Source: Octopus vulgaris
Lineage: Eukaryota
Direction: 5' to 3'
DNA length: 64,000 nucleotides
Assembly (NCBI GenBank): GCA_951406725.2
Contig: OX597816.1
Location: forward strand, 163,804,001-163,868,000
The position numbers and the translations under genes are program-made. Positions 28,397 through 41,168 of the stretch are shown piece after piece. The notes below the pieces were generated by a model. The model saw only the letters and a list, made by a program, of their open reading frames with translations. It searched no databases and was not told the DNA's origin. Numbering within the stretch: the first letter of the stretch is position 1; the number at the start of each line of letters is the position of its first letter.

Positions 28397-28511
28397 TACA
28401 GGGTAAATGTTTTTTTAATTTTCTCCTGGTTTGCGGAATTAATGTTGTTTTGCGGTTGAAGCTTTGTCTGTTATTTCTAGTGGGTGAATGGCCTATTATG
28501 GCCGTTCCTTG

Positions 28512-28582
<71 letters not shown>

Positions 28583-28842
28583 AAATTAATAAATAAAACA
28601 TATATACATACATATATGTACGTAATTACATCTACATGTATATATACATGCGTATATGGGTACAGGACACTCAAAAATCGTCGAACACAATGAGAAACGA
28701 AAACATAAACACAAAACCAAGGAACTGGACATTTTTCTTAAACAACGAAAAAATAGAGTACAGGACATACAACACAAGGAAAATTCCCCTTCTTCAGTCG
28801 TCATGGTTTCATCTACTCCGCGTTTCGAAGGTGAAGGCGATA

Positions 28843-28877
<35 letters not shown>

Positions 28878-28878
28878 A

Positions 28879-29252
28879 ATGCCAGAACCGGCGCCACTGC
28901 GTGGTGCCTAGGACTCCAAATTTGCCATCAAGATGTAGGACAAGATACTGTGATAGCCTGGGCTTCCGAGGCCCACAGCTCCTCAATATCCTACCAAAGA
29001 ACCTAAGAGACCTGCATGGGGTGGATGCAGATGACTTTAAAATGAAACTGGATCTCTTCTTGTCAGGTATCCCAGATGAACCAACTTCACGGCAGGAGGT
29101 GCAGATGAGGGCAGCTGCATCGAACTCTCTCATGCACCAAATGGCAGTTGCTAAAAAGCATGCGTGAAGTAAAACCATGTAGCAACACCAAATGGCGGTG
29201 CCCCAGCATGGCCATAGCTCGTGAGCTGAAACTAGAATCAATCAATCAATCA
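28879..29252 (+). mobile_element. 3' end of a CR1/L2-like LINE
   Basis: 'RGPQLLNILPKNLRDLHGVDADDFKMKLDLFLSGIPDEP', then a GGCGGTGCCCCAGCATGGCC tail and an (AATC)n terminus. Confidence 0.8.
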
Positions 29253-29329
29253 TTTATATATATTTGCACGTTAATTCCACTGCCTGCACGTGGAATTAAC
29301 GTGCAAATGGCTGAGCACTCCACAGTCAT

Positions 29330-29732
29330 ACTCTTTTACTTGTTTCAGTCATATGACTGTAGCCATGCTGCAGCACTGCCTTTAGTCGAGCAAATCGACC
29401 CCAGGACTTTATTCTTTGTAAGCTTAGTACTTATTCTGTCGGCCCCTTTTTACCGAACTGCTAAGTTACGGGGACTTAAATACACCAGCATCGGTTGTCA
29501 AGCAATGCTGGAGGAGGACAAACACAGACACACAAACACATACACACACACATATATATATATATGTATATATACATATATACGATGGGCTTCTTTCAGT
29601 TTTCGTTTACCAAATCCACTCACAAGGCTTTCGTCGGCCCAAGGCTATAGCAGAAGACACTTGCTCAAGGTGCCCCGCAGTGGGACTGAACCCGGAACCA
29701 TGTGGTTGGTAAGCAAGCTACTTACCACACAG

Positions 29733-29787
<55 letters not shown>

Positions 29788-29950
29788 TACGATGGGCTTC
29801 TTTCAGTTTCCGTTTACCAAATCCACTCACAAGGCTTTGGTCGGCCCAAGGCTATAGCAGAAGACACTTGCTCAAGGTGCCCCGCAGTGGGACTGAACCC
29901 GGAACCATGTGGTTGGTAAGCAAGCTACTTACCACACAGCCACTCCTACA
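29330..29950 (-). mobile_element. SINE S1 with a locally duplicated head (29575-29730 and 29783-29945)
   Basis: Two near-identical head segments in tandem. Confidence 0.85.
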
Positions 29951-30253
29951 CCTATGTGTGCCTTCAACGTAGTTCTCAAGGATATGCAGCGTGATACAGA
30001 ACGTGACAATGCTGGGCCCTTTGAAATTACAGGTACAACTCATTTTTGCCAACTGAGTGGAGTGGAGCAACATGAAATAAAGTGTCTTGCTCAAGGACAC
30101 AACGCATCGCAGGGAATCGAACACACACTTTACGATTGCGTGCCGAACACTCTACCCACTAAACCACGTTCCTCCACTAGTCTTAGCGACAATGGTAGTT
30201 CTAAACGTACAAAAAAGACGAGACGGTCACAGCTGGAGCGTCTTTCATCATAC

Positions 30254-30327
30254 CTCACATCACTCATGGTAGACGTGAGACCATACAACAACGACAACAA
30301 CAAGACCAGCATGGAGTTAGTTTTCAT
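30254..30327 (-). CDS. Candidate first coding exon encoding a signal peptide (MKTNSMLVLLLSLLYGLTSTMSD/V)
   Basis: ATG at 30327, with an in-frame upstream ATG at 30375. A basic-hydrophobic-small pattern is followed by two overlapping donor candidates, GAT|GTGAGG (exon end 30259, phase 0) and AG|GTATGA (exon end 30254, phase 2). Confidence 0.45.
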
Positions 30328-30737
30328 GTAATTCGTCGAAGAGTGTGGCGTGACTTGAGAGATCGAATATCGCATTTCCTGTAAACCGATCGCAAATCCG
30401 GCTTAATGCTGGAATTTCATTTAATTTTCGGTTTAGTATTTTTACGTTTTTTTGGGGGGGGTCTTTTTTTGGGGGGTGTCTTTTTTTGGGGGGGGGGGGG
30501 GGGACTTTATTTTTTTATCGTTTCGCGATTTTTCTTCAAACATGTGAAATAGTTTGCAAAATTCTTATTTTTTTTTTGTTTTCACATTTTCTGTTAAGAA
30601 AAAAATACTTTATTTTTAAAAAAATTAGAATGTCATTAAAATTTTTGTCGCTGTTGTTTGTTTGTTTGTTTGTGTTGTGTTGTCGTCGTCATCGACGTTG
30701 TAGTTGTTGTTGTTGTTGTTGTTGTTGTTATTGTTAC

Positions 30738-30842
30738 TGATAATGATGACTATGACGACGATGATCATATTCGTCATCCATCCTGATGATGATGATGATG
30801 ATGATAATGATGATGATGATGAGGAGGATGATGATGATGATT

Positions 30843-30883
<41 letters not shown>

Positions 30884-31130
30884 CAGGGTGATGATGATCA
30901 GGATGATGCTGATGCTGATGATCAGGGGGATGATGGTGATGGACGTGGTGGTGGTGGTGGTGATGATGATGATGGTGGTGGTGATGATGATGATGATGAT
31001 CAGGATGATGATGAGGAGGAGGAGGATGACGATGATGATTATGATGATAATGAGGAGGAGGAGGAGGAGGATGAGGAGCGTCGACGACAGCGAAGACGGT
31101 GATGATGGTGATGACGATGATGATGATCAT
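30738..31130. repeat. Compound (GAT)n/(GAG)n/(GGT)n triplet tract
   Basis: Directly visible. Confidence 0.9.
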
Positions 31131-31669
31131 CTGGATCAGCCCTTTCCTAACCCCCGAGGGGAACATTGATATTTAAGATACACACACACACACACACACA
31201 CACATGCACACACACACACACACACACACATACACATGTGCAGGCATTTTCTTAGATGACACGCAATTAAGACTATATAGAAGAACAGAATGGACTAAGA
31301 CGGGAAGTGTCACTGAAGAGGTCACAGATGTGTGACGAAAGATTTTCGGGCAATGGACATGAGTTAGATTAAGAACAGTGATAAATGAGAGAAGAACGAA
31401 TATACAGTGTGTGTGTTTATTTGGCAAAAAGAAAAAGAAGACCGTCCCGAAATACAACAATATCTGTTTCAACACACGGTTTCACATCAGGAATTTTGCA
31501 ACACAAATTGATAAACGTAATTTAGAATATAGTTATGTATAAAGACCTCATCGAGATAAATCATCTGAGGTTCTGAAGCTTAACATTTATAGGAATGCAG
31601 AGGGTTTTAATTGTGAGTCATCTAAGAATATACCTGCATATGTGTATGTGTATATACACGCATACATAC

Positions 31670-31699
<30 letters not shown>

Positions 31700-31700
<1 letters not shown>

Positions 31701-32005
31701 GAGGCACAATGGCCCAGTGGTTAGAGCAGCGGACTCGCGGTCGGAGGATTGCGGTTTCGATTCCCAGACCGGGCGTTGTGGGTGTTTATTGAGCGAAAAC
31801 ACCTAAAAGCTCCACGAGGCTCCGGCAGGGGTTGGTGGCGACCCCTGTTGTACTCTTTCGCCACAACTTTCTCTCACTCTATCTTCCTGTTTCTTGAGTA
31901 ACGCTGCGATGGACTGGCGTCCCGTCCAGCTGGGGGGGGGGGGGGACACATACGCCACAGAAACCGGGAAACCGTGCCCATGAGCCTGGCTAGGCTTAAA
32001 AAGGA
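31700..32005 (+). mobile_element. SINE S3 head with tail type B
   Basis: Head as at 15109; tail GAGTAACGCTGCGATGGACTGGCGTCCCGTCCAG as at 38130-38245. Confidence 0.85.
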
Positions 32006-32019
32006 CGACGTTTAACGTC

Positions 32020-32061
<42 letters not shown>

Positions 32062-32198
32062 GAGAGAGGGTGAGAGGGATTATTTTTCTTAGTCATTGCA
32101 CGATAATCGCCATAAGCCTTAAGCTTATATAAAAATACCATTATTATTATTTACAGGATTGTAAAATACGGTGCTGTATAACAAAACCATTCGAAACA

Positions 32199-32257
<59 letters not shown>

Positions 32258-32418
32258 GTGTGTGTGTGTGTTATATCTGCTCACACACGACCTGCATTAG
32301 ACTCCTCATTCGTATTATCCTCGAACCGAGAGTCTAACTATGGTCCTCCCGTAGCACTTACATAGCCTTACCTTCCACGTTGGGTCTTCTGGATACCAAA
32401 TCTCTCTTAATATATATA

Positions 32419-33446
32419 TCTATATATATAAAACTGTAGTTGTGTGAGTGTCTGTCCCCTTCGATTTAGATTCCTAACTATTCCCACATTTTGCGGTGCA
32501 GTTTAACCAAATTCGGTTTAACCATATAGTCGTGATTCATATCGAGCCCGTCTGGCTATTAGCGCGTGTCAACGATGAGTCTACGATTTTAAAAATAAGT
32601 TAACATCATTTTTTATTCCATTTTAATGCATAATTTTTCGTGTGTCGATGGCGGCGGAGTTGGCGTTCACGCTCACAGCTGCACCTGTTTGCTTCTCCCC
32701 CTTCCCTCCCTCGTGAAGCTGTGGGGAAGGGAGTGTAAAGAAATCAACGTCGTAATGCGTTGTCAAGGAGACCAGCGTTCTTTTAGAACAACGACTTCAT
32801 GGCTTGAAGACACCAAAACAGAAATGGCTAAGAAAGCCCGAATTGGCATCTATAAGGGAAGTAACTCTCTAAAAATTCTTATATAGTTATTTCCCTTACA
32901 AACCCGAGCAACGCCGGGCGATACTGCTAGTATATATATAAAACTGTAGTTGTGTGAGTGTCTGTCTCCTACGATTTAGATTCCTAACTCCTCCCACATT
33001 TTGCGGTGCAGTTTAACCAAATTCGAGTATCTTATAGTCGTGATTAATATCGAGCCCGTCTGGCTATTAGCGCGCGTCTACGATGAGTCTACGATTTTTA
33101 AAATAATTTAACATCATTTTTTTATTCCATTTTAATGCATAATTTTTCGTGTGTCGATGGCGGCGGAGTTGGCGTCCACGCTCAAACACCTGCACCTGTG
33201 TTTGCTTCTCCCCCTTCTTCCCTCCCTCGTGAAGCTGTGGGGAAGGGAGTGTAAGGAAATCAACGTCGTAAAGCGTTGTCAAGGAGACCAGCGTTCTTTT
33301 AGAACAACGACTTCATGGCTTGAAGACACCAAAACAGAAATGGCTAAGAAAGCCCGAATTGGCATCTATAAGGGAAGTAACTCTCTAAAAATGCTTATAT
33401 AGTTATTTCCCTTACAAACCCGAGCAACGCCGGGCGATACTGCTAG
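32419..33446 (+). mobile_element. Head-to-tail dimer of a non-autonomous Helitron (32419-32930, 32931-33446)
   Basis: A|TC 5' end. Each unit ends with the hairpin CCCGAGCAACGCCGGG, 8 nt, then CTAG, followed by T. Confidence 0.9.
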
Positions 33447-33495
33447 TAATATATATAAAGAAAAAGGGGGCAGTCAGAATTTTTGGATAATTCTG

Positions 33496-33536
33496 TATTT
33501 AGCGCTTTCGTCCATTCGTTGGGACTCTTCAGAATA
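33496..33536 (-). ncRNA. Minimal type I hammerhead ribozyme, core intact
   Basis: TATT CTGAAGA GTCC CAACGAAT GGAC GAAA GCGC TA AATA, with a palindromic helix III (AGCGCT). Confidence 0.8.
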
Positions 33537-33760
33537 AATATTAAAGGTCATTACTTTCTATACGGATTGTAAAGAATGCAAAAGGAGAAAGTGAGAGGGG
33601 GGAAGGAAGTGGAGAGAGGAGAAGGGGAAGATACAGAGAATGAAGAAAAGAAAAGATAGCAGGAAGGAAGGAGGAAAGAATGTATTTGGGGATTGTTTGA
33701 AATTCACAGGTGGTTAGTGCTAATGACATTTCAAGAAGTCAATTTCGGTTTTTAAGAGCT

Positions 33761-34320
33761 GCAGGTGTGACTGTGTGGTAAGAAAGCTTGCTTCCTAACC
33801 ACATGGTTCCGGGTTCAGTCCCACTGTGTGGCACCTTGGGTAATTGTCTTCTGCTTATAGCCTCGTGCCGCACAAAGCCGATTTGGTTGACGGAAACTGA
33901 AAGAAGCCCGTCGTAATTATATATATGTGTGTGTGTTTGTGTGTGTGTGTGTGTTTGTGTGTGTCTGTGTATGTGTGTGTGTGTATGTATGCGTGTATTC
34001 CTGTTAGAATTAAACACACTGTTCACCTGTGTGCATTCATGTATATATTAAGTGTGTACGAGTATGTGTGTGTGTGTGTGTGTGTGTACACTGGTGTGTA
34101 TACACACACACAGGTATATATATGTCTGTGTTTGTTCCTCCACCATCGCTTGACAATCGATGTTGGTGTGTTTACGTCCCCGTAACTTAGCAGTTTGGCA
34201 AAAAAAGAACGATAGAATAAGTACAAAGAATAAGTTCTCGAATTGATTTGTTCAACTAATGGTGGCGCTCCAGCGTGGCCACAGTCAAATGACTGAAACA
34301 AGTAAAAGAAAAAGAAAAAA
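33761..34320 (+). mobile_element. SINE S1 with extra sequence in its central microsatellite
   Basis: Head 33761-33915, tail 34120-34320. Confidence 0.8.
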
Positions 34321-34338
34321 AAAATATATATATATAGC

Positions 34339-34621
34339 TTGAGTTTCAGGGGCCCACATCTGTTTAATTGTCTGCCGAAACATCTGAGGGGCCTTCATGG
34401 AGTGAATGTAGACGTTTTCAAATGTGAACTTGACCTCTGGCTCACCGAGATCCCGGATGAGCCAATATCTAGGAAAGAAACTCAAAAGCGGGCAGTAACA
34501 TGGAACTCCATCCTTCACCAAAAGCCGCTCCGATAAAAGTGGAAAGTGGAAAGATGATCACAATGGCGGTGCTCCAGCATGGCCACAGTCATTGGACTGA
34601 AACATATAAAAGAATAAAAGA
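34339..34621 (+). mobile_element. 3' end of a CR1/L2-like LINE carrying the S1 SINE tail
   Basis: 'RGPHLFNCLPKHLRGLHGVNVDVFKCELDLWLTEIPDEP', then GGCGGTGCTCCAGCATGGCCACAGTC...ACTGAAAC...(TAAAAGAA)n. Confidence 0.8.
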
Positions 34622-34644
34622 ATGTATATGTATGTATATGTATT

Positions 34645-34814
34645 CCCTTCTTGGGATCTTTCCTTCTCCTTGTTTCCGACGAAGAGCTCCGCTCGAAACG
34701 TTAAACCCTCCTTCCCTTCTTTCCTGAGCGTCAATAATACTTTAATTGTTCCACGTCCTCGCGTTACTGTGTTTTTTTTCCTCTTTTTTTCTGTGTTTTC
34801 TTGTTTGGATTAAC

Positions 34815-34815
<1 letters not shown>
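34645..34815 (+). mobile_element. Family P2 copy with a minimal hammerhead at 34672-34706
   Basis: Motif identical to 12732-12766; ends at (TA)n. Confidence 0.8.
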
Positions 34816-34882
<67 letters not shown>

Positions 34883-34901
34883 TGTATAAATACAGACATC
34901 T

Positions 34902-34951
<50 letters not shown>

Positions 34952-35483
34952 TCGCCAGTGTACACACACGTACTCATACACACCTAATATATACATGAAT
35001 GCATACAGGTGAACAGTCTGTTTAATTCTAACAGAAATAACCACTTCTATCGATTATTTTACCAATCGTCTTACAGTTCTTCGACCTAAGCAGGGCACCG
35101 AAACCTAGACAAGAATTATCAGACTATAAATGAAAGAATTCTCTTCTACCAAAAACACTTGGCACCACCATTTGTTCTCATCTATTATAATGTTCCTTCT
35201 TATCTTTAAATAGAATTGCTAAAAAATAATGGCCAAGAAAAAATGTTTATTTGTAGGTGTCGTTAAGAAGCTAGCTTCGCAGTTACAAGGCTTTGGGTTC
35301 AGTCCCGCTGCGAGGCACCTAGGACAAGTGCCATTCTTCTTTCCCTTTTACGATCCCTTTTGATCGAAAACCTACCCCCACTTTTTTTTTCTCTCCCCCA
35401 AAAAGAAAAGCTCTACTTTGTAATCTGTCCCGTCTGTGTGCAGCCCTGTGTCGCTAATAAAGAAACATATCTATCTATCCATC

Positions 35484-35564
<81 letters not shown>

Positions 35565-36189
35565 CTACCTATCTGTCTGTCTGACTGTCTACCCTCTGTC
35601 TATCTCTCTGTCTATCTATCTATCTATCAACTCCAAAGGAAGAAGCGAAGACCAAAAGGACTCATACCCACCCCCAAAAACCCATACACCACATCCCAAC
35701 TGCCACCAACCAGCACCAACACCAAGAACAAAACCAGCATACTCAGAAATAGACACTAATACTCTTCCCCCCTCCCACGTTCTAATTCCTCCGTTATGTC
35801 GTCAGAAGAAGACGACACAGAGAATTGGTAAGTAGCCACGTGGGGTGAGAAAAGGGGGTGGGGAAGAATAGAGAAGCAGACAAACAAAGCAGGGAGGTTT
35901 ACCACTCCCGAAGCCAAAACACATGCAGAAAACAAAAGCATTAATACAAACACACAAACACGAAATGGCCCAGCAATGTTGAAAGCTATAAACAATCCAT
36001 ACCTGATGAAATACATTAGGTCAAACACCAACATAACAGAAAACGATACCAAAACAAGTAATCACCCACGTACAACACCAAAACGCATTAAAATCACACA
36101 CAGAACACTGAAATCTCTCTACCTGGATGCTGTAGGGAGATTTCGAAAATATCTATCTAAAAAAACTGTACAAAAACCTTCTGGGAGAA

Positions 36190-36690
36190 GACTGTGAGGT
36201 GAAGGACAAACAACTTACGGGCAGTGACTCTCTCGATAATGACCAAAAGTCCCTGGCCTGGCAATGTTACAGAGGAACTTTACCGGTCGAGATATACTCT
36301 TTAGACATGGGTGTGCGCCTTGGCCGGTTTGTGCAATGCCCCAAGGTGACTGAACTCTGGGCTTATGTCGAACACCTACTGTCGCATTCAAGAAGAGTAC
36401 AACTGTCGAACGAACCTGTAATTAAGATCGTTCCGCCGACCTCCCTGAATAGGGAGGAGCGAGCCTGTTTTCTCTCGGTAGTTGCTGTGGCGTAAGAAGT
36501 AGTATGGAAGACGAGAGTAAAAGGAATTGCAACAGGCATGTTTATCTCCAGTCTCGGGCTAATCGACTTTTTCGTTTTCCACATGAAATGGAAAATAAGG
36601 CTGGAGAAGAAATGCCTGTCGCAAAGTGTGTTTCGTAAAAGATGGAAGTCTGTAGCAAGTATGTTGCAAGTGAAAGAACCTGTCTAATGG
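36190..36690 (+). mobile_element. L1/Tx1-clade LINE ORF2 C-terminal remnant
   Basis: 'QKSLAWQCYRGTLPV...FVQCPKVTELWAYVEHLL...VVWKTR...FRKRW'. Confidence 0.7.
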
Positions 36691-36704
36691 GTAATAAAGA
36701 AATT

Positions 36705-36826
<122 letters not shown>

Positions 36827-37069
36827 CACGCATCTAGACTACGTAAGCAGAGATAGTAACAGGAGGGGATGTAAATGCCTCAAAGACCTGCTCAGATGTT
36901 TCCAACTGTCTGACAGGTACGGACTGGACCCCCGAATGTGCCAATGTGAACATGGAGCCTTGCTCTCAAGCAACTCAGCCATCCGGGACCAAACTTGTGC
37001 GACTTCAATTCCACAAAGGCGTTCTATAGAGGATTAATGGAGGGGAGGTGCGACGACGTTTTCGGACAG

Positions 37070-37920
37070 ATTTGTATGTTTTATGTATATATTCTCATGC
37101 GTATAGTTATATATCTAGACATGCTCATATATATTTAAATGATAAACTTCTGGAAAGTTTTACAGATTTTTCCAGTTCCAGTGATGGCTTGGATCTGTAG
37201 TCTTCGAATTAGCTTTCTCTTTTCTGGTTTTGAGAAGCCTAATTTCTCAAGATTGGTATTTAGGTAGCGTGTTACATATCCCAGGACCCCAATAATTACA
37301 GGTATAAACCTGAACTTGTAATCCGGATAGAGAGTAACTACAGATTTCTCAATAGTTCAGCATAGGTGTTCTCCTTTTCTCTAATCTTCAGCTTTATGCT
37401 AACATCCGCTGGGCAGCTAATTTCCACAACTGTGCACAATTTCTTTTCTGTATCCTAAATCAGTGTTTACATTTTATTGAGGTTTTCACTGGGACATTCC
37501 ACCATTACTCCTTTTTATTTTGAGTGATTATGGCTTCCACCATACTGTGGGTTCTTATTTCTTTGTCCCGAGGGTTATCCTTCCGATGGATTTCGTTATA
37601 CAGTATCCTTGCTATATCATGCCTCATCGGTATGTATGTATGCATGGCTTTATTCAGATATATTTCAAGGATTTTTGGCGCAGGAGTGGCTGTGTGGTAA
37701 GTAGCTTGTTTACCAACCACATGATTCCGGGTTCAGTCCCACTGCGTGGCACCTTGGCCAAGTGTCTTCTACTATAGCCTCGGTGGTGCTCCAGCATGGC
37801 CGCAGTCAAATGACTGAAACAAGTAAAAGAGTAAAAGAGTAAATAGAAAAAGAACCGGTTTCTAACCTAGATCCAAGGTTCCTTCATTGGAATTTCAACA
37901 TCAACAGCAGGGTATTTTTG
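37070..37920 (-). mobile_element. R4/Dong-clade element remnants, with a deleted S1 SINE (37677-37843) between them
   Basis: 'RHDIARILYNEI...WW..PV...VEISCPAD...EKENTYAELLRNL*LLYPDYKFRFIPVIIGVLG...CKTFQKF'. UTR pieces match 4960-5030 and 5121-5190. Confidence 0.8.
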
Positions 37921-37989
37921 TATGTATGTATGTATGTATGTATGTATGTATGTATGTATGTATGTATGTATGTATGTATGTATGTATGT

Positions 37990-38245
37990 GGAGGCACGTG
38001 GCTTAGTGGCTAGGGTGTCAGCATCATGATTGTAAGATTGTGGTTTCGAATCCTGGACCGGGCGACGCGTTGTGTTCTTGAGCAAAAACACTTCATTTCA
38101 CGTTGCTCCAGTCCACTCAGCTGGCAAAAATGAGTAACGCTGCGATGGACTGGCGTCCCGTCCAGCTGGGGGGAGGGGGACACATACGCCATAGAAACCG
38201 GGGAAACCAGGCCCATGAGCCTAGCTAGGCTTGATAAGAACGCAT
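37990..38245 (+). mobile_element. tRNA-derived CORE-SINE, tail type B
   Basis: A/B boxes, CORE-like segment, and a tail shared with 31895-32005. Confidence 0.85.
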
Positions 38246-39560
38246 TTATTTATTTATGTATGTCTGTATGCCAGAAATGATAAAGTAAAGTGATATGATA
38301 AGCGGTGGTACTTATATATAAAAAATACTCCTTTCTCGTTAATGATAAATGCTGGAAGGTTAGCTGGACGGATGGATGGACGGCGAAGTATTTATTATAA
38401 CAAAGTAGAGACACAGAGAATCACACACAGGGACCCATCTTTCACTGTCTCTGGTTAATGGTATGTTTGACTACATAAACACCAACCTCAGTCGATTGCT
38501 GGAGATATTAACCTACGTTCAACTGTGTAGCCAATCCCCTATAACATTCCTGTACTTCTTTTGTTTTGTATTTTAATGGGCCCCGACTTTTATACATACG
38601 TACATGTGCGTATATATATATATATATATATGCATATAAACGCTTATATTAGATGTAGGTACGTTTGTTTTCGTTCAAGCTGTGAATGACTCGGTGGTAG
38701 GTGGAGCCGAGTAGACGAAGGGGAGGAAGAGGTAATGGGAGAAAGATAGTGAGAGAGGGAGGGAGGGAGGTCGACGTTTGAGGATTGATAAGAGGGAGAG
38801 CAGGAGGTAAAGCAAGGCGAGGGCGAAGAGTTAAGAAAGAAAACAATACAAATTACTTTGGACGAAGGGGAGGGGCAGAGTGATAGTGAGAGTGAGTGAG
38901 TGAGTATCAGAAAGACGGAGGGGGGTATATAGTTTGAGAACTGTTAAGAGGGAGAGTGAGAGGTAAACCAAAGGCAAAGGGTTGGGGAGGAAGAACTAAG
39001 ATTTGAGAGAGAGAAAGGGATAATAATAGTGAGAGTGAGAGTGAGTGAGAGAGTATTACAAAGGAGAGACGTATGTTTAAGGTCTACATGAGGGACAGTA
39101 GGAGGTAAAGCAAAGAGAAAACAAACATTACATGTTACCTTGAACGAAGGGGAGGAAGAAATTGTCGAGAGAGTAGGAGGCAAAGTGGTGGAAAGAGTGA
39201 GTGAACAAGGGAGTATCAAACAGCAAGAGAGAGGGGGATTTAGTTTACAAGTTGTTAAGAGGAAAAGTGGGAGGTAAAGGCAAAGATGAAAAAGAAACAA
39301 TGCAAATTATCTTGGTTTGCACTAACGATTGCGGTCGAAAGGCGCCCTAAAAAAATAAAACCTTAGTTTCGTTTGTCCCTTATCTTCCTTTAACAGAATG
39401 ATATATCCCACCATCCCTTCCTCTTCCTGCTATTATTCCCAGGGGTGTGAGAGGGCCCTTTATTTATCTACTTATTTATTTCATTTATCTAGCAGTTGTG
39501 GTCAACGTCGACCTTTACATAGACTGCGCCCATGCTGGGGCACAACCTTGAAAATTTTAT

Positions 39561-40195
<635 letters not shown>

Positions 40196-40648
40196 CACAT
40201 ATATATATATATATTATATAGTTATGCATATATGGGTACAGGACGTCACCAACTGCGAAAACATGAAGTACGAAAACAAATGAGTTAAAAACGCAAACAA
40301 CGAAAGAAAAAAATGGAAAATAGGACAAGTAACATAAAGAACTACCCTTCATCAGTTGTCGGCTGTCTACTCATTTCGAGCATTCAACGACAATATGAAT
40401 CTTTGAAGACAGTTGCCCCCATAAATTCTAAAATTATATTTTGGATTTATGGAAGGTCAAAGTTGGGAACAAAAAAAAAAAAATGACAGTGGAGACATAC
40501 AAGGAAACCGAACGAAAACAAACATGGAGGGTCGTTAGACCAGAACGAGAGGAAAATTTTCTTTGAAAAAAGAAAAGATAGAAGAGAGAGATTAGGATGT
40601 CGTGCATGAAAAAAGAAAGATGGACGATAGTCACGTGTAAGCAACGAG

Positions 40649-40706
<58 letters not shown>

Positions 40707-40866
40707 AGCTAGAAAATGGTCAAGTGGAGAAAAAGGGAATTAGAGAAGAATGGGACAGAAAAGAGTATAGGGTCGCATCAAAAAGATAAAGATAAACTTA
40801 CTTGAAAATGGATGCGTGGCTTTCAGGTAAATAATAATATAAATAATATATATATGTCCCAACTTA

Positions 40867-40932
<66 letters not shown>

Positions 40933-41068
40933 TATTCGTTTTCCATGTTTTTGTTTTTCATGTTCTCGTTTCTCATTTTGTTCATGTTTTCTACGTCCTG
41001 TACCCATATATGCATATATACATACATGTATATATATTTATATATATGTTGGTATGTACACATGTATG

Positions 41069-41124
<56 letters not shown>

Positions 41125-41168
41125 GCAAATGAAAGACAGAAGATGGAATATACGAGAATTTATTATTA

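Larger units (their letters stand above)
27349..28516. mobile_element. Retrozyme or Penelope-pLTR-like element: 484-bp tandem unit (+) with an inverted copy on the left, inserted in (TA)n
   Basis: The unit starting at 27796 restarts at 28280 and continues to 28516 (period 484). 27349-27792 is its reverse complement. (TA)n lies at 27317-27348 and 28517-28580. Confidence 0.9.

Noticed and set aside
29148-29972. 274-aa ORF
   Set aside because: Read-through of a LINE tail and duplicated antisense SINE; the same peptide recurs at other SINE copies.
30704-31169. Poly-Asp, poly-His and poly-Met ORFs
   Set aside because: A (GAT)n tract is open in several frames at once, and there is no non-repetitive coding context or clear splice site.
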